Assembly: GCA_045046875.1 (NCBI GenBank)
Contig: JASFYY010000008.1
Location: 1-64,000, forward strand
Direction: 5' to 3'
Source: Verrucomicrobiota bacterium
Lineage (GTDB): Bacteria > Verrucomicrobiota > Verrucomicrobiia > Verrucomicrobiales > DEV007
Length of the DNA: 64,000 nucleotides
A program made the translations under genes and the position numbers. Positions 18,944 through 29,264 of this stretch are shown piece by piece. Every line of letters starts with the position of its first letter. The first letter of the stretch is position 1. Under the pieces are notes generated by a model, which was not told the DNA's origin, ran no database searches, and saw nothing but the letters and a program-made list of their open reading frames with translations.

Positions 18944-19735
18944 ATGATTGAATTATCACCATATCATCAAATTGAGCTGGCTCCCGCCTGGGAGGCTTTA
19001 CGCGACAATCCGCCTGATCGGGATCAAGTGATCCGCACCCTTTCCCGCAAAATGCTCAACGACCAACCCTTGATCCAAGGGGATTTGGTCTATGCCGGGC
19101 GGGATACTAAAGCCGAATTCCCACTGGCGGAAAAATATCCGGTGCACTTCCGCAAAACCTACTATCCAGGGGCATTTCACAAACCGCCACAGCAGGAATT
19201 TGATCATCATTTGCAGATTTCGCAGATCCTCGACGTGCCAGCCCCCATCGGAGCCACCAAAAAAGTCTTCCGCTCCTGCCTGATTCCCGGAATACCCCTG
19301 AACAAACTCTGCCCCTTTGGTGTAGAGCCCCTGGAACACAACATCGCTCTCGCCGAAGAGCAAAATACCACCTCGCTGATGGGATTGTGGCATCTGCTCG
19401 AAACCCTCGACCAACAAATCTCAAAACTGCATGCCGCCGGGCTGGCCCATGGCGACCTTTTTTTCCATAACGTCATCGTGCCCTCTTCTCCCATCGGCGT
19501 TTTCCTGATCGATTTTGAGCTCGCGGTGGAAAAAAACAAGGTCAGCGAAGAAATCTGGCAAAAAGCCTGCCAATCCGATCTCGAAGAATTGCAACGCAAC
19601 GCCGTTTATCTCCAATGCGTACTTGGCAAACAAACCGGCCCGCTGGCAGAAAAATCCCTTAGCCGACTGGATACGCTGTTTACCAACACCGCCTCCCGCT
19701 TCCAAAAAGCCGTGGACCGCCACTCTTTTTTGTAG
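18944..19735 (+). CDS. Protein kinase-like / phosphotransferase family protein
   Basis: LHAAGLAHGDLFFHN catalytic loop and FLIDFE metal-binding motif. Confidence 0.65.
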   Translation: MIELSPYHQIELAPAWEALRDNPPDRDQVIRTLSRKMLNDQPLIQGDLVYAGRDTKAEFPLAEKYPVHFRKTYYPGAFHKPPQQEFDHHLQISQILDVPAPIGATKKVFRSCLIPGIPLNKLCPFGVEPLEHNIALAEEQNTTSLMGLWHLLETLDQQISKLHAAGLAHGDLFFHNVIVPSSPIGVFLIDFELAVEKNKVSEEIWQKACQSDLEELQRNAVYLQCVLGKQTGPLAEKSLSRLDTLFTNTASRFQKAVDRHSFL

Positions 19736-19744
19736 ATCACCACC

Positions 19745-19776
19745 ATCAGTGTCCATCAATGAAATCGGTGGTTATA
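19745..19776 (+). repeat. Dispersed intergenic repeat, copy 2
   Basis: ATCAGTGTCC-ATCAATGAA-ATCGGTGGTTATA, followed by TTTCCTCGTGTAGT as in copy 1. Confidence 0.75.
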
Positions 19777-19805
19777 AAAAATTTCCTCGTGTAGTATCCC
19801 TCACC

Positions 19806-20792
19806 ATGAAAACCGCTCTGTTTGAAAATTTTGGCAAACCCGATGAGAATGTCGGAATACACAACATCCCGACTCCAGAACCCGGCCCCGACCAGTTGCG
19901 ACTACGCATCCACTTCTCTCCCATCCACCCCTCCGATCTGAATCTCATCGAGGGGATCTACGGCATCCTGCCCGAGCTCCCCGCTTGCCCCGGTGGCGAA
20001 GCCTGTGCCACCATCGATGCCGTGGGCGAGAAGTTACAAACCCAGTTCACTGTCGGCACAACCGTCATTTTGCCGCAACGACCAGCCGCAGGCACCTGGA
20101 GCGAACACCTCCTGGTGCATCCTCGGGAAATCCACCCCGTACCATCAGGCATCAATCTCGAACAAGCCTCCATGTTGGCGCTCAACCCCGCCACTGCCTG
20201 GGGACTGCTCGAGCTCTTTACTCCCCTCTCACCAGGCGATTGGATCGTCTTTAATGCCGCCAACTCAGCGGTTGGTTATGCATTGATCCAACTGGCGCAA
20301 CAGCGCGGATTAAAAACGCTCGCTTTTGTCCGCCGTGAAGAAGCCATGGCCGAACTCCAGGAACTTGGAGCCGACCTTGTCCTGCTCGATCACGCCGACT
20401 CCCTCGCCCAGGCTCGCGAAGCCTTTGGCGACAAACCTCCCCATCTGGCCCTCAACGCCGTCGGCGGTGACAGTGCCTTGCGTTTGATGGATTTGCTCGC
20501 CAACGAAGGCGTCCATGTGACCTACGGAGCCATGAGCCGGCGCAGCTTGAAAGTGCCCAACAAATTCCTCATTTTCAAACGTATCACCCTCACCGGATTC
20601 TGGGTCACCCGCTGGTTGCAGTCAGCCTCGACCGAAGAAGTCTCCACCATGCTCAATGAATTGGCCGAGCTGATGAAAAACCATCAACTCCACATGCCGG
20701 TCGCAGAAGTTTTCCCCATCGACGAAGTGCAAGCCGCCCTGCTCGCCGCCCAAGGCGACCGCCGCCAAGGAAAAATTCTACTGAAATTCTAA
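19806..20792 (+). CDS. MDR-family trans-2-enoyl thioester reductase (ETR1/MECR-like)
   Basis: PIHPSDLNLIEGIYG, NPATAW, NAANSAVG, NAVGG, TYGAMS, GFWVTRW. ATG at 19806. Confidence 0.88.
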   Translation: MKTALFENFGKPDENVGIHNIPTPEPGPDQLRLRIHFSPIHPSDLNLIEGIYGILPELPACPGGEACATIDAVGEKLQTQFTVGTTVILPQRPAAGTWSEHLLVHPREIHPVPSGINLEQASMLALNPATAWGLLELFTPLSPGDWIVFNAANSAVGYALIQLAQQRGLKTLAFVRREEAMAELQELGADLVLLDHADSLAQAREAFGDKPPHLALNAVGGDSALRLMDLLANEGVHVTYGAMSRRSLKVPNKFLIFKRITLTGFWVTRWLQSASTEEVSTMLNELAELMKNHQLHMPVAEVFPIDEVQAALLAAQGDRRQGKILLKF

Positions 20793-20797
20793 TTCTT

Positions 20798-20829
20798 ATC
20801 CGTGCCATCCGTAGAAATCCATGGTTAAA
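20798..20829 (+). repeat. Dispersed intergenic repeat, copy 3
   Basis: ATCCGTGCC-ATCCGTAGAA-ATCCATGGTTAAA. Confidence 0.7.
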
Positions 20830-20853
20830 TGAATTTCATCACCTAGCCCCTCC

Positions 20854-22221
20854 GTGCATCAAAATTCACCCAACGACACCAGCTACAGCGTCACCCAGAT
20901 CACTCGCGAAATTCGCGATCTTCTCGAGGGTCAACTAACCGGCGTCTGGATCGAAGGGGAGATCAGTAACTACCGCCACCATTCTTCCGGCCACCGCTAC
21001 TTCAACCTCAAGGATCAAAGCGCACAAATTTCCTGCGTATTTTTCCGCGGCCACGCCCGTGATCACCGGACAGCACTGGACAATGGTGATCAAGTACGGG
21101 CTTATGGAGACATCACGGTTTACGAAGCCCGCGGACAGTACCAACTAATGGTCAAGCTGCTGCAGCCCAAAGGCGCCGGAGAACTGCAAGCCCGTTTTGA
21201 AGCTTTGAAACAAAAGCTCAAAGACGAGGGACTGTTCGCCCAGGAGCTAAAAAAAGACATCCCCACTTTTCCCCAAACCATCGCCATCGTCACCTCCCCC
21301 ACTGGAGCCGCTATTCAAGATATGCTCAACATCCTCCAGCGCCGGGCTCCATGGGTAAGAGTATTGATTCATCCTGTAGCCGTGCAAGGCAAAGGCGCCG
21401 AGCATGGTATCGCTCAAGCCATCAACGAACTCTCCCATCCTGAAAACATAGGCCTGCCACCTATCGATACCATTGTGATCACTCGTGGTGGTGGCAGCAT
21501 AGAAGACTTGTGGAATTTCAACGAAGAGTGTGTCGCGCGAGCCATCACCGACTGTCCCATTCCAGTGGTTTCCGCAGTCGGTCATGAAATTGACTTCACC
21601 ATCGCGGACTTTGTCGCCGATTTGCGCGCCCCCACCCCGAGTGCCGCCGCCGAACTGATCGTCCCTGATTCAAGCGAGTTGAAACGCCACTCCCAAAGCC
21701 TCTTCAAATCCATCGAGAACCGTGTGCTCTCCCAATTGGATCAAAGTCGCGCCTTACTGCGTCTGACCCGCCAAACTCTGGAAGCCCGCGAGCCCGCACG
21801 GGTCTTACTGGGCCACGCCCAACATCTGGATCACCTTAACGAACGCTTAAGCCATGCAACCCAACGCCAGCTGAAAGAATGCCAGAACCGGCTGCACCAA
21901 AGTAGCCAAGGGTTGCAAGTTCGACAATTGGGACAAAAGCTAACCAGGGAAAACGAACATCTGACCTCGCTCAAGCAGCGTCTGAATACCTCCACTGCCC
22001 ACCACTTAGAAAACGCTCAGGCCTCCCTAACCCAACTGCAATCCGCCATCCGCCAACTCAGCCCGCAAAGCACTTTTGCCCGTGGTTTTTCCATGACTAC
22101 GACACCTGAAGGCGAAATCATCACCCGTCCAGAGCAGAGCCAAACCGGCGATACCATCGAAACCCGGATCGCCCACGGAAAAATCACATCCACCGTCAGC
22201 GGCACGCCGAGCACCCGTTGA
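20854..22221 (+). CDS. xseA: Exodeoxyribonuclease VII large subunit
   Basis: OB fold GEISN...SGHRYFNLKD; TSPTGAAIQD, RGGGSIEDLW, SAVGHEIDFT, APTPSAAAE. Confidence 0.97.
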   Translation: MHQNSPNDTSYSVTQITREIRDLLEGQLTGVWIEGEISNYRHHSSGHRYFNLKDQSAQISCVFFRGHARDHRTALDNGDQVRAYGDITVYEARGQYQLMVKLLQPKGAGELQARFEALKQKLKDEGLFAQELKKDIPTFPQTIAIVTSPTGAAIQDMLNILQRRAPWVRVLIHPVAVQGKGAEHGIAQAINELSHPENIGLPPIDTIVITRGGGSIEDLWNFNEECVARAITDCPIPVVSAVGHEIDFTIADFVADLRAPTPSAAAELIVPDSSELKRHSQSLFKSIENRVLSQLDQSRALLRLTRQTLEAREPARVLLGHAQHLDHLNERLSHATQRQLKECQNRLHQSSQGLQVRQLGQKLTRENEHLTSLKQRLNTSTAHHLENAQASLTQLQSAIRQLSPQSTFARGFSMTTTPEGEIITRPEQSQTGDTIETRIAHGKITSTVSGTPSTR

Positions 22222-22411
22222 GTCGAGCGACCCCTGCTCCCCCCAAGTTGAAACCTAAATGACAATTAGCCCTTACGCTGAACACGAAAACCCGCTGCCA
22301 ATAGACGGGTCTGCTCACCCTAACACTGGTGATCAGAATAATAAATAAATCGCAGTAGTTTGAGGAGCGTGACGAACAAGCAATTCTGGAGTCACGCTGC
22401 CAAAATGCACA

Positions 22412-22822
22412 GTGTCATACACTCTTTATTATGAACATGTGGATTCCGTTAATCCCTATAATGGAAAACGCACAAAAACCACTACGAATAAAACATTGAG
22501 AGACCGGGTCATATTAAATCCAATTGGAAACTCCAGGAGCTCAACTTTCGAAACCCGTAAAATTCAGCATGGCAAAACGAGATCCCAGAGGCATATCATT
22601 TTAGATGTCGTGATAGCCGGCGAAAGGAGAACACAAGCAGCTTACGATAAACTTGAGACAGACATCAATTTGGTTGGGATAACGGTAAGAGTGGAATTGG
22701 GTATCCAAAGTTTTGTCTACAAGGGGACAAAAGGCCGGCTTACTGGCACTTTTGAAGAAACACAAACTGGTTTCACCCTCAAATCAGGCTCTGTCATGAA
22801 CGCGCTTAGCATACGAATGTGA
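22412..22822 (+). CDS. Hypothetical protein (AT-rich, possibly a gene fragment)
   Basis: 136-aa ORF with GTG start in an AT-rich island; no recognisable motif. Confidence 0.4.
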   Translation: MSYTLYYEHVDSVNPYNGKRTKTTTNKTLRDRVILNPIGNSRSSTFETRKIQHGKTRSQRHIILDVVIAGERRTQAAYDKLETDINLVGITVRVELGIQSFVYKGTKGRLTGTFEETQTGFTLKSGSVMNALSIRM

Positions 22823-22947
22823 AAGGCTATAGCAGAAAAGGGTTCAGCTGAAATCAGTAGAATTAGCGCTCTTATAGAAAGCTATAAGCGAAAAGGAAAA
22901 GCAATAAAATAAAAAAGCTGAGAGAAGCCTGTAATGGATAAAAGCAA

Positions 22948-23238
22948 ATGGCTGGCAGGAGTGAAAAAAATCTAGCAGGAAAGACAGTGAACTCTGTGAT
23001 GCTAAAAATCGAAGCTGGTGACCTCCCTTACCCTAGGCGAAGTAGGCTCCATATTAAATTATTAGATAAAAAGTTTCCTGATTTAAAAGTAAATTTCAAT
23101 GCTACGGGAAACCCCTTGTTTGATACCGCTAACTTCGGAGGCAGGAGCATTGTAATAGGCACGGTTAAAAATAGTGATGGAAATGGTGACTTAATCAAGG
23201 GCAGTGGTGCGGTATGGGATAATCTCGAAAAAAACTGA
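22948..23238 (+). CDS. Hypothetical protein (AT-rich, possibly a gene fragment)
   Basis: 96-aa ORF with ATG start; no recognisable motif. Confidence 0.4.
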   Translation: MAGRSEKNLAGKTVNSVMLKIEAGDLPYPRRSRLHIKLLDKKFPDLKVNFNATGNPLFDTANFGGRSIVIGTVKNSDGNGDLIKGSGAVWDNLEKN

Positions 23239-23300
23239 ACTTATCTCCGGCGGAAACCTCAAAATTAGTGTTAAGACAGCAGTTCTATCATGACCGGGGG

Positions 23301-23341
23301 AAAAATAAAAAACTCCGACAAGGTCGAACCTTGCCGGAGTT
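23301..23341 (-). terminator. Rho-independent terminator downstream of the prepilin-like gene
   Basis: Minus strand AACTCCGGCAAGG-ttcga-CCTTGTCGGAGTT followed by a T-rich run. Confidence 0.8.
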
Positions 23342-23362
23342 GATTAAGGGTGTTTTTACGTC

Positions 23363-24058
23363 TTATGGGAGCAATATTCTACCGGGATCAACCGCCAGTA
23401 AACCACCGCTAGCACCACCACCACCACTACCACTACTACGCTTCTGGAAGATATCCTGAATCCGCCCATCAGCACTTCTCACCGTGGCACCGGCCTCTTT
23501 CTGCGACAGATTTTCTGCATTTGCATGGCCTCCCACATAACCCACAACAGCTTTCCCTTCCGAAAGCCATGGGTGGAATTCCCCATAAGTACCCGGCCCT
23601 GTCATTTCATCAGCAATCAAAGGTGACCGACTGAAAGTAGTATCAGTCTGACCTGACACATAGACAAAGGAGTTTTCCTGCTGGTTAAGAATGCCATCCT
23701 CTACAGGAGGTTGCAACTTATCTGGATTTTGAGAAGGAGTCCAAAATATGGATTCCGTATCAATATAATCGGGAATTAATACATTAAACGCCTCAGTGGA
23801 GGTCGAGAAATTAGAATTACTTGAACCACCCCCAGTAGCATTAGGATCAAATGAGGGATAAGATCCATTCCAATCCGAAGCAAACGTTCGGCAGGCCAAA
23901 ATGATCTGCTTAACATTACTAATATCTTTAGTGATCTTTGCACGTATTTGAATCCCTTTAAAAGCAGGCATAGCCATACTCGCCAGGAGCGCAATAATGG
24001 TGATCACCACCAATAGTTCGATCAGGGTAAAGCCCTGATTCTTTCTTTTTACTTTCAT
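23363..24058 (-). CDS. Prepilin-type N-terminal cleavage/methylation domain protein (type II secretion / type IV pilin-like)
   Basis: KRKNQG|FTLIELLVVITIIALLASM class III signal peptide. Confidence 0.9.
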   Translation of the reverse strand: MKVKRKNQGFTLIELLVVITIIALLASMAMPAFKGIQIRAKITKDISNVKQIILACRTFASDWNGSYPSFDPNATGGGSSNSNFSTSTEAFNVLIPDYIDTESIFWTPSQNPDKLQPPVEDGILNQQENSFVYVSGQTDTTFSRSPLIADEMTGPGTYGEFHPWLSEGKAVVGYVGGHANAENLSQKEAGATVRSADGRIQDIFQKRSSGSGGGGASGGLLAVDPGRILLP

Positions 24059-24171
24059 TGTTTTCTTAGTTTTAGTTTGTTTTATTAACGCAGTATTATG
24101 TTTATTATGTGGCCTTTCGGCCTATGACTGCAGGTTGAAAACGTCACCTTTCCTACTCACTCAAGCAGTTC

Positions 24172-24201
24172 AATGTAACGACTTCGTGTTTACTTTGTCA
24201 A
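24172..24201 (-). promoter_or_regulatory. Putative sigma70 promoter of the prepilin-like gene
   Basis: Minus strand TTGACA-N18-TACATT, about 115 bp upstream of the ATG. Confidence 0.55.
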
Positions 24202-24238
24202 AAACGACTGGGCAAGGCAAGAAAATAGCAAAAAAATA

Positions 24239-26482
24239 CTATTTTTTTCTGAAATAAACCACCGCCAAAGGGGGCAATTCAATTAACAGTGAGTGATTTC
24301 TCCCATGACAGGCAATGGCCTCACTGGCCACCCCGCCTCCACTGCCCAGATTGCTGCCACCGTAGCGCTCAGCATCCGTATTGAGAATCTCCTCATAAAA
24401 CCCGCCTTCTCCCGGCACGCCCACCCGGAAATCCGGTCGCGGCACTGGGGTGGCATTCACCACCACCAGCACTTCTGCCCCGTCACCACTGCGACGCACA
24501 AAGCTGAAACCGCTGTTCTCGCTGTCCTCGTGATCGATCCATTCAAAACCACTCGAATCATGATCTTTTTCATGCAAAGGCCGCTCATCTTTATAGAGCT
24601 GGTTCAAATCCGCCACCAGATTTCTCACCCCGGCGTGTTCGCTGTGCTCCAGCAAATGCCAGTCCAGACTCTGATTGTAGTTCCACTCTGTCGGCGGAGC
24701 GATTTCAGCTCCTTGAAATAACAATTTCTTGCCTGGGTGCGCATACATCCAGGCATAAAACAAACGCAGATTGGCAAACTGCTGCCAACGATCACCTGGC
24801 ATTTTTTCCAGCAGGGATTTTTTTCCATGCACCACTTCGTCATGACTCAGCACTAGGAAAAAATTCTCATCATAAGCGTAAATCATCGAAAAAGTCGCCT
24901 CACCGTGATGGTGTTTGCGGTGCACCGGTTCACGTTCCATGTACTGCAGATAGTCGTGCATCCAGCCCATGTTCCATTTAAAACCAAAACCCAATCCGCC
25001 CTGATCCACCGGACGCGAAACTCCAGGAAAAGCAGTCGACTCTTCGGCAATCGTCATGATGCCTGGAAAGCCTTCGTAACACGCCCCGTTCAATTCTTTC
25101 AAAAACTCGATGGCTTCCAGGTTCTCGCGGCCTCCATGTTCATTCGGCAGCCACTGCCCCTCTTCACGTGAATAATCGAGATACAACATCGACGCCACCG
25201 CATCAACCCGCAGACCATCGATGTGGTATTGATCGAGCCAGAACAAAGCGTTCGAGATCAAAAAGTTACGCACCTCGTCCCGACCGAAATTAAAAATCAA
25301 AGTGCCCCAGTCCATATGCTCCCCCTGTCGAGGGTCATCGTGCTCATACAAGGCCGTGCCGTCAAAACGCGCCAAACCATGAGAGTCTTTAGGGAAATGT
25401 GCCGGCACCCAGTCGAGAATCACCCCAATGCCCCGCTGATGGCAACGATCGACAAAATACCGAAAATCATCCGGTGACCCAAAACGGCTGGTCGGAGCAA
25501 AAAAACCGCAAATCTGATAACCCCACGAACCGTCAAAAGGAAACTCCGCCACCGGCATCAACTCGATATGGGTGAACCCCAGCGCCACCACATGCTCCAC
25601 CAAACGATCCGCCAACTCACGATAAGTCAAAAAACGATCCCCCTCTTCCGGCACCCGCGCCCATGAACCCAAATGCACCTCGTACACACTGACCGGTGCG
25701 CTGTAAAGATCTCCCTTGGCTCGATCCTCCATCCATTGACCATCTTCCCAATCATACGAGTTCAAATCACAAGTGATCGACGCCGTTTCCGGGCCGTGTT
25801 GAGAGAAAAAAGCAAAAGGGTCGCTCTTGTTGAATAAAGACCCGTCTGCTCCCACCAACTCAAATTTATAATGTGCTCCCAAGCCCACTCCCGGCACAAA
25901 CAATTCCCAAACCCCTGCCCCGATGAGCTTGCGCATCACATGCACCCGCCCGTCCCATCCATTAAAATCCCCCACCACACTGACCCGCCTCGCATTAGGC
26001 GCCCAGACCACAAAAGCCATGCCTTCGACTCCGTCTATTTCACGCCGATGAGCGCCAAAAATATTGTAGAGCTGACGGTGTTTGCCCTCACCCAGATAAT
26101 GCAAATCCTGCTCCCCCAATAAACTCCCGAAAGCATAAGGATCTCCCACCGCCTCTTCTTCATGTCCCTCCAAGGTTTTCCACTTCAATTGATACAAAAA
26201 CCGCTGTTTTTCACCGGTAAGCACCAATTCGAAAAATCCTGCCGGATGCACCCGAGCCATTTCATATTCCTTCGATTCCTGTGCGGAGTCACCGCTACGC
26301 TGCACCGTCATCTGCTGCGCCCCCGGCCGCCACACCCGAATCACCAATCCATCGGCAAACTCGTGCATACCAAGCACCGCAAAGGGATCCGAATGATCCG
26401 CACAAACAAATCGCTCGATATCCTCAAGTTGAGTCGCTTTAGCTTTCACCTTTTTGTTATTGTCAGCTTTCGCTTTTTTCAT
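24239..26482 (-). CDS. glgB: 1,4-alpha-glucan branching enzyme (GH13)
   Basis: [57 protein letters not shown]. Confidence 0.97.
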   Translation of the reverse strand: MKKAKADNNKKVKAKATQLEDIERFVCADHSDPFAVLGMHEFADGLVIRVWRPGAQQMTVQRSGDSAQESKEYEMARVHPAGFFELVLTGEKQRFLYQLKWKTLEGHEEEAVGDPYAFGSLLGEQDLHYLGEGKHRQLYNIFGAHRREIDGVEGMAFVVWAPNARRVSVVGDFNGWDGRVHVMRKLIGAGVWELFVPGVGLGAHYKFELVGADGSLFNKSDPFAFFSQHGPETASITCDLNSYDWEDGQWMEDRAKGDLYSAPVSVYEVHLGSWARVPEEGDRFLTYRELADRLVEHVVALGFTHIELMPVAEFPFDGSWGYQICGFFAPTSRFGSPDDFRYFVDRCHQRGIGVILDWVPAHFPKDSHGLARFDGTALYEHDDPRQGEHMDWGTLIFNFGRDEVRNFLISNALFWLDQYHIDGLRVDAVASMLYLDYSREEGQWLPNEHGGRENLEAIEFLKELNGACYEGFPGIMTIAEESTAFPGVSRPVDQGGLGFGFKWNMGWMHDYLQYMEREPVHRKHHHGEATFSMIYAYDENFFLVLSHDEVVHGKKSLLEKMPGDRWQQFANLRLFYAWMYAHPGKKLLFQGAEIAPPTEWNYNQSLDWHLLEHSEHAGVRNLVADLNQLYKDERPLHEKDHDSSGFEWIDHEDSENSGFSFVRRSGDGAEVLVVVNATPVPRPDFRVGVPGEGGFYEEILNTDAERYGGSNLGSGGGVASEAIACHGRNHSLLIELPPLAVVYFRKK

Positions 26483-26649
26483 ATCGCTTCAATCAGAGTC
26501 GAAAAATTACAGATGAACAAAACGAAGCTCTGTCATCGGATGTTTCACCAAAGCTCAATCTACGCTCTCCCGCTACGTCTTTCTTGCTCTTATCCAAAAA
26601 CCGGAATTATGTTGTCATAACCCTCACCAGCTCTCATAATGACTTCATC

Positions 26650-27759
26650 ATGAAGAACAAAGGCCTTCAAACCACCATCCTTTTATGCTTCATCCTGATC
26701 GGTGCGCTGCCCGGCCTACTTCGCCCTCTTAGCGCCGCCGACATCTCATCTCCAAGCAAAACCACCAGCGCCAGCAAGCCCCAAGCCAAGGGCATGATCC
26801 AGGTCGACCTGCCATTGGGACACGCCGATCTCACCCAAATCAAAGCCCTGTTGCCCGATTTGCTCTCCAAACAAGCCCGTCACGTTATCCTCGCCAGTCA
26901 ACGCATCGTGCGAATCACTGACTACCCCGACAACATCGAAGCCCTGCGAGGTTTTCTCAAAGCCATGGATGTCGCCCCCCGCAATGTCCGCATCGAGGTC
27001 ACCCAACGATCCACCAATCAGATGAATACCACAGGTGGCCGGATCAATGGCCAAGTCCTCACTCCGCTAGGCAAGCGGGTGTTCGTCAACGGTCAAGCCC
27101 GCAACACCCCGGGAGTGATTCGCCAGGTCACCTCACCCGGAGGCAATTCACGACTCCCCGTTCGCACCAATTCCGGCCGCATCATCCTGCCCAACAACGG
27201 CAGCTTCGACGTGAACCTCATCAATCAAAAAAAATCCACTGACAGCCTCAACCGTATGTTCACCTTGGTCAAAAGTGGCGGAGAGGGCGTTCTCGAAGTG
27301 GTCAGGGAAATCCCCATGATCGACTACTTCACCCGTTATAAAGTCGGCAATGTCGGTTTTAATGTTCGTGGACCCGGCACCATCAACCAGAACTTCATCG
27401 CTGGAGGAACCTTCGAAGTGCCCGAATTCCGTTGGGAAAAAGCCGGCGCCCAACTGCTGGTCCGCCCCACCGTTCAAGGCAACCTCATCACCATCGAAGT
27501 CATCCCGCGCATCTCCGCAGTGGTTATCGCCAATCCGCAAAAACTCAACGAACGCCGCCTCAACGACTTCCTCACCGGCGAAGACCAATACGTCACCTAC
27601 ACTGGACTGAAAACCACCGTAACCGTGCAAAGCGGCCAGACCATCACCATCGGCAGTTTTCCCGCCGCCACTTCAGAATTCAATTCCTACTTCTGGGGTG
27701 GCACCCGCAGCAGCGCCGCCGGAGGCGGCTCGATCACTCTGAAAGCAACCGTTCAGTAA
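26650..27759 (+). CDS. Secretin-like protein (NolW-type N domain plus short type II/III secretion C domain)
   Basis: Signal peptide; ITDYPDNIEAL...MDVAPRNVRIEV; LLVRPTV, TTVTVQSGQTITIG. Confidence 0.6.
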   Translation: MKNKGLQTTILLCFILIGALPGLLRPLSAADISSPSKTTSASKPQAKGMIQVDLPLGHADLTQIKALLPDLLSKQARHVILASQRIVRITDYPDNIEALRGFLKAMDVAPRNVRIEVTQRSTNQMNTTGGRINGQVLTPLGKRVFVNGQARNTPGVIRQVTSPGGNSRLPVRTNSGRIILPNNGSFDVNLINQKKSTDSLNRMFTLVKSGGEGVLEVVREIPMIDYFTRYKVGNVGFNVRGPGTINQNFIAGGTFEVPEFRWEKAGAQLLVRPTVQGNLITIEVIPRISAVVIANPQKLNERRLNDFLTGEDQYVTYTGLKTTVTVQSGQTITIGSFPAATSEFNSYFWGGTRSSAAGGGSITLKATVQ

Positions 27760-27886
27760 CTGGAGCCGCATTGCAACTCGACACCTCGCAGTTTATCCAA
27801 CCTAAAATGGAATCCCTCCTCCCCTCTACTTGCTTATCCGCCCTATAAAGCTAAGCAAACTATTTCCCACGCTTCTTTCATGTCTC

Positions 27887-28948
27887 CTAGCGCCCTTCGT
27901 GGATTACATTCATTTTCAAATCTCGCAACACCCGCAAATCCCCCCACTGCGCCCCGCGCATCTTCCGCCCCCCATCCTTGCGCCGTGTACCAAAGCACTC
28001 CCTCTTGCTCTCAAAAAAATCATCCACATATCTCTGGCTCCCCAGCACCGCCCCATCGGTGAAATACCTCACCCGACAGCGCAAAGCCTCCGCCACTGGC
28101 AATCGCCCGCCTGATTCCAGCACCTCCTTTATCTCCGTCCTGCTGAAACCTCCCTTACCTTTGTTGTAACCATCCACCGTCGCATCCGCTTTCACCTGCT
28201 CCCCTTTCGCATAAAGCAAACTTCGATACTCCTGCGCCACCTTCTTCCACGCCACCCGACTGCGCCCCGTCACCGCATAACACAGGCCCTGACGTGCGCC
28301 TCGCACCCCAGCCACCGCTGCCGCATACGAACACCAGCGATAACCCTCCGGCTCCTGTGCCAAGCCCGCCCGAATCGGATTCAGATCAATATAAGCCGCC
28401 ACCATCCGCAACGCATCACTGCTCTCCCCACTCTCACCATCTACCCCCTGTAAAAGAACACTCTTAAACGGCCCCTCCCACAAAGTCCCCACCCGGCCGT
28501 GTTTTTTATTGTAAGCCAATGTCATTTTCAGCTTCAGCTCCTTCATAAACATCGAAAGATCAAACAACCGAGCTTTCACTGATCCCGCAATCTCCTTCAC
28601 CTTTTCCGTCGCCCCATTCTCCCTAAACATCTCCACCTCATCCAACACCAACTTACTCGACCGCTCATCCTTAAACACCTCCAAACGCTTGATATAATCC
28701 TCATCCATCCACCCCTCCGTCGCCAGCTCCCTGTCCGGCACCTCCAACAATAAATGAAAATGATTCCCCATAAAACACCACGCCAGCGCCCGCAGCCCAC
28801 TGAACTTCAACTGCTTGAGCATCAAAATCCGAAAAGTTTCCTTCTCATCATCCTCAAACAAAATATCCCGCCCCGTCGTCCGACTCACCACATGATAATA
28901 ATTCGTCTGCCCCTCCGCCCCCAATAAAAATTCCCGTATTTTCCTCAT
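27887..28948 (-). mobile_element. REP-associated tyrosine transposase (RAYT, IS200/Y1 HUH family)
   Basis: YYHVVSR, MGNHFHLL (HUH), GTLWEGPFKS, AYIDLNPIRAG (catalytic Tyr), YRWCS. ATG at 28948. Confidence 0.9.
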
Positions 28949-29052
28949 AATGCATCCCTTTCCTAAGCTCTTCGATTTCCCCGAACAATTTCCTCCCTCC
29001 CATAATACAACACCCCCCCACCACACACAAGAACTTTTTCGCATGGGTATCC

Positions 29053-29093
29053 TCCCCTAAAATATCCCTTCCCCTAAAATATCCCCTAAAATA
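29053..29093. repeat. Three direct copies of TCCCCTAAAATA upstream of the transposase
   Basis: Copies at 29053-29064, 29070-29081 and 29082-29093. Confidence 0.85.
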
Positions 29094-29264
29094 CGCCCGA
29101 TGATGAAGATCCAGTAGGGGATGGGATTGTTCGAAGCAGGTTTAACAACCTCTGCCTTGGCGGGTTTTTCTTCAGGAGATAGGGGGTTTCTCGGCAAAGG
29201 TTGGTTCTGGGGTTAACTTAATTATCCCAGACATAACTTCTGGTGAAAGATCAAATGGCGCATC

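Noticed and set aside
19515..19805. 97-aa N-terminal extension of the enoyl reductase ORF
   Set aside because: Overlaps the kinase-like gene and an intergenic repeat; the domain begins at ATG 19806.
11576..20829. CRISPR interpretation of the ATCNGTG repeats
   Set aside because: Copies are kilobases apart, degenerate and without spacers, and no cas genes are present.
22222..23300. Integron cassette array
   Set aside because: No convincing attC (RYYYAAC...GTTRRRY with paired arms) and no integrase in the window.
29053..29093. CRISPR or iteron interpretation of the 12-mer repeats
   Set aside because: Too short, spacers are 0-5 bp, and there is no cas or rep gene.
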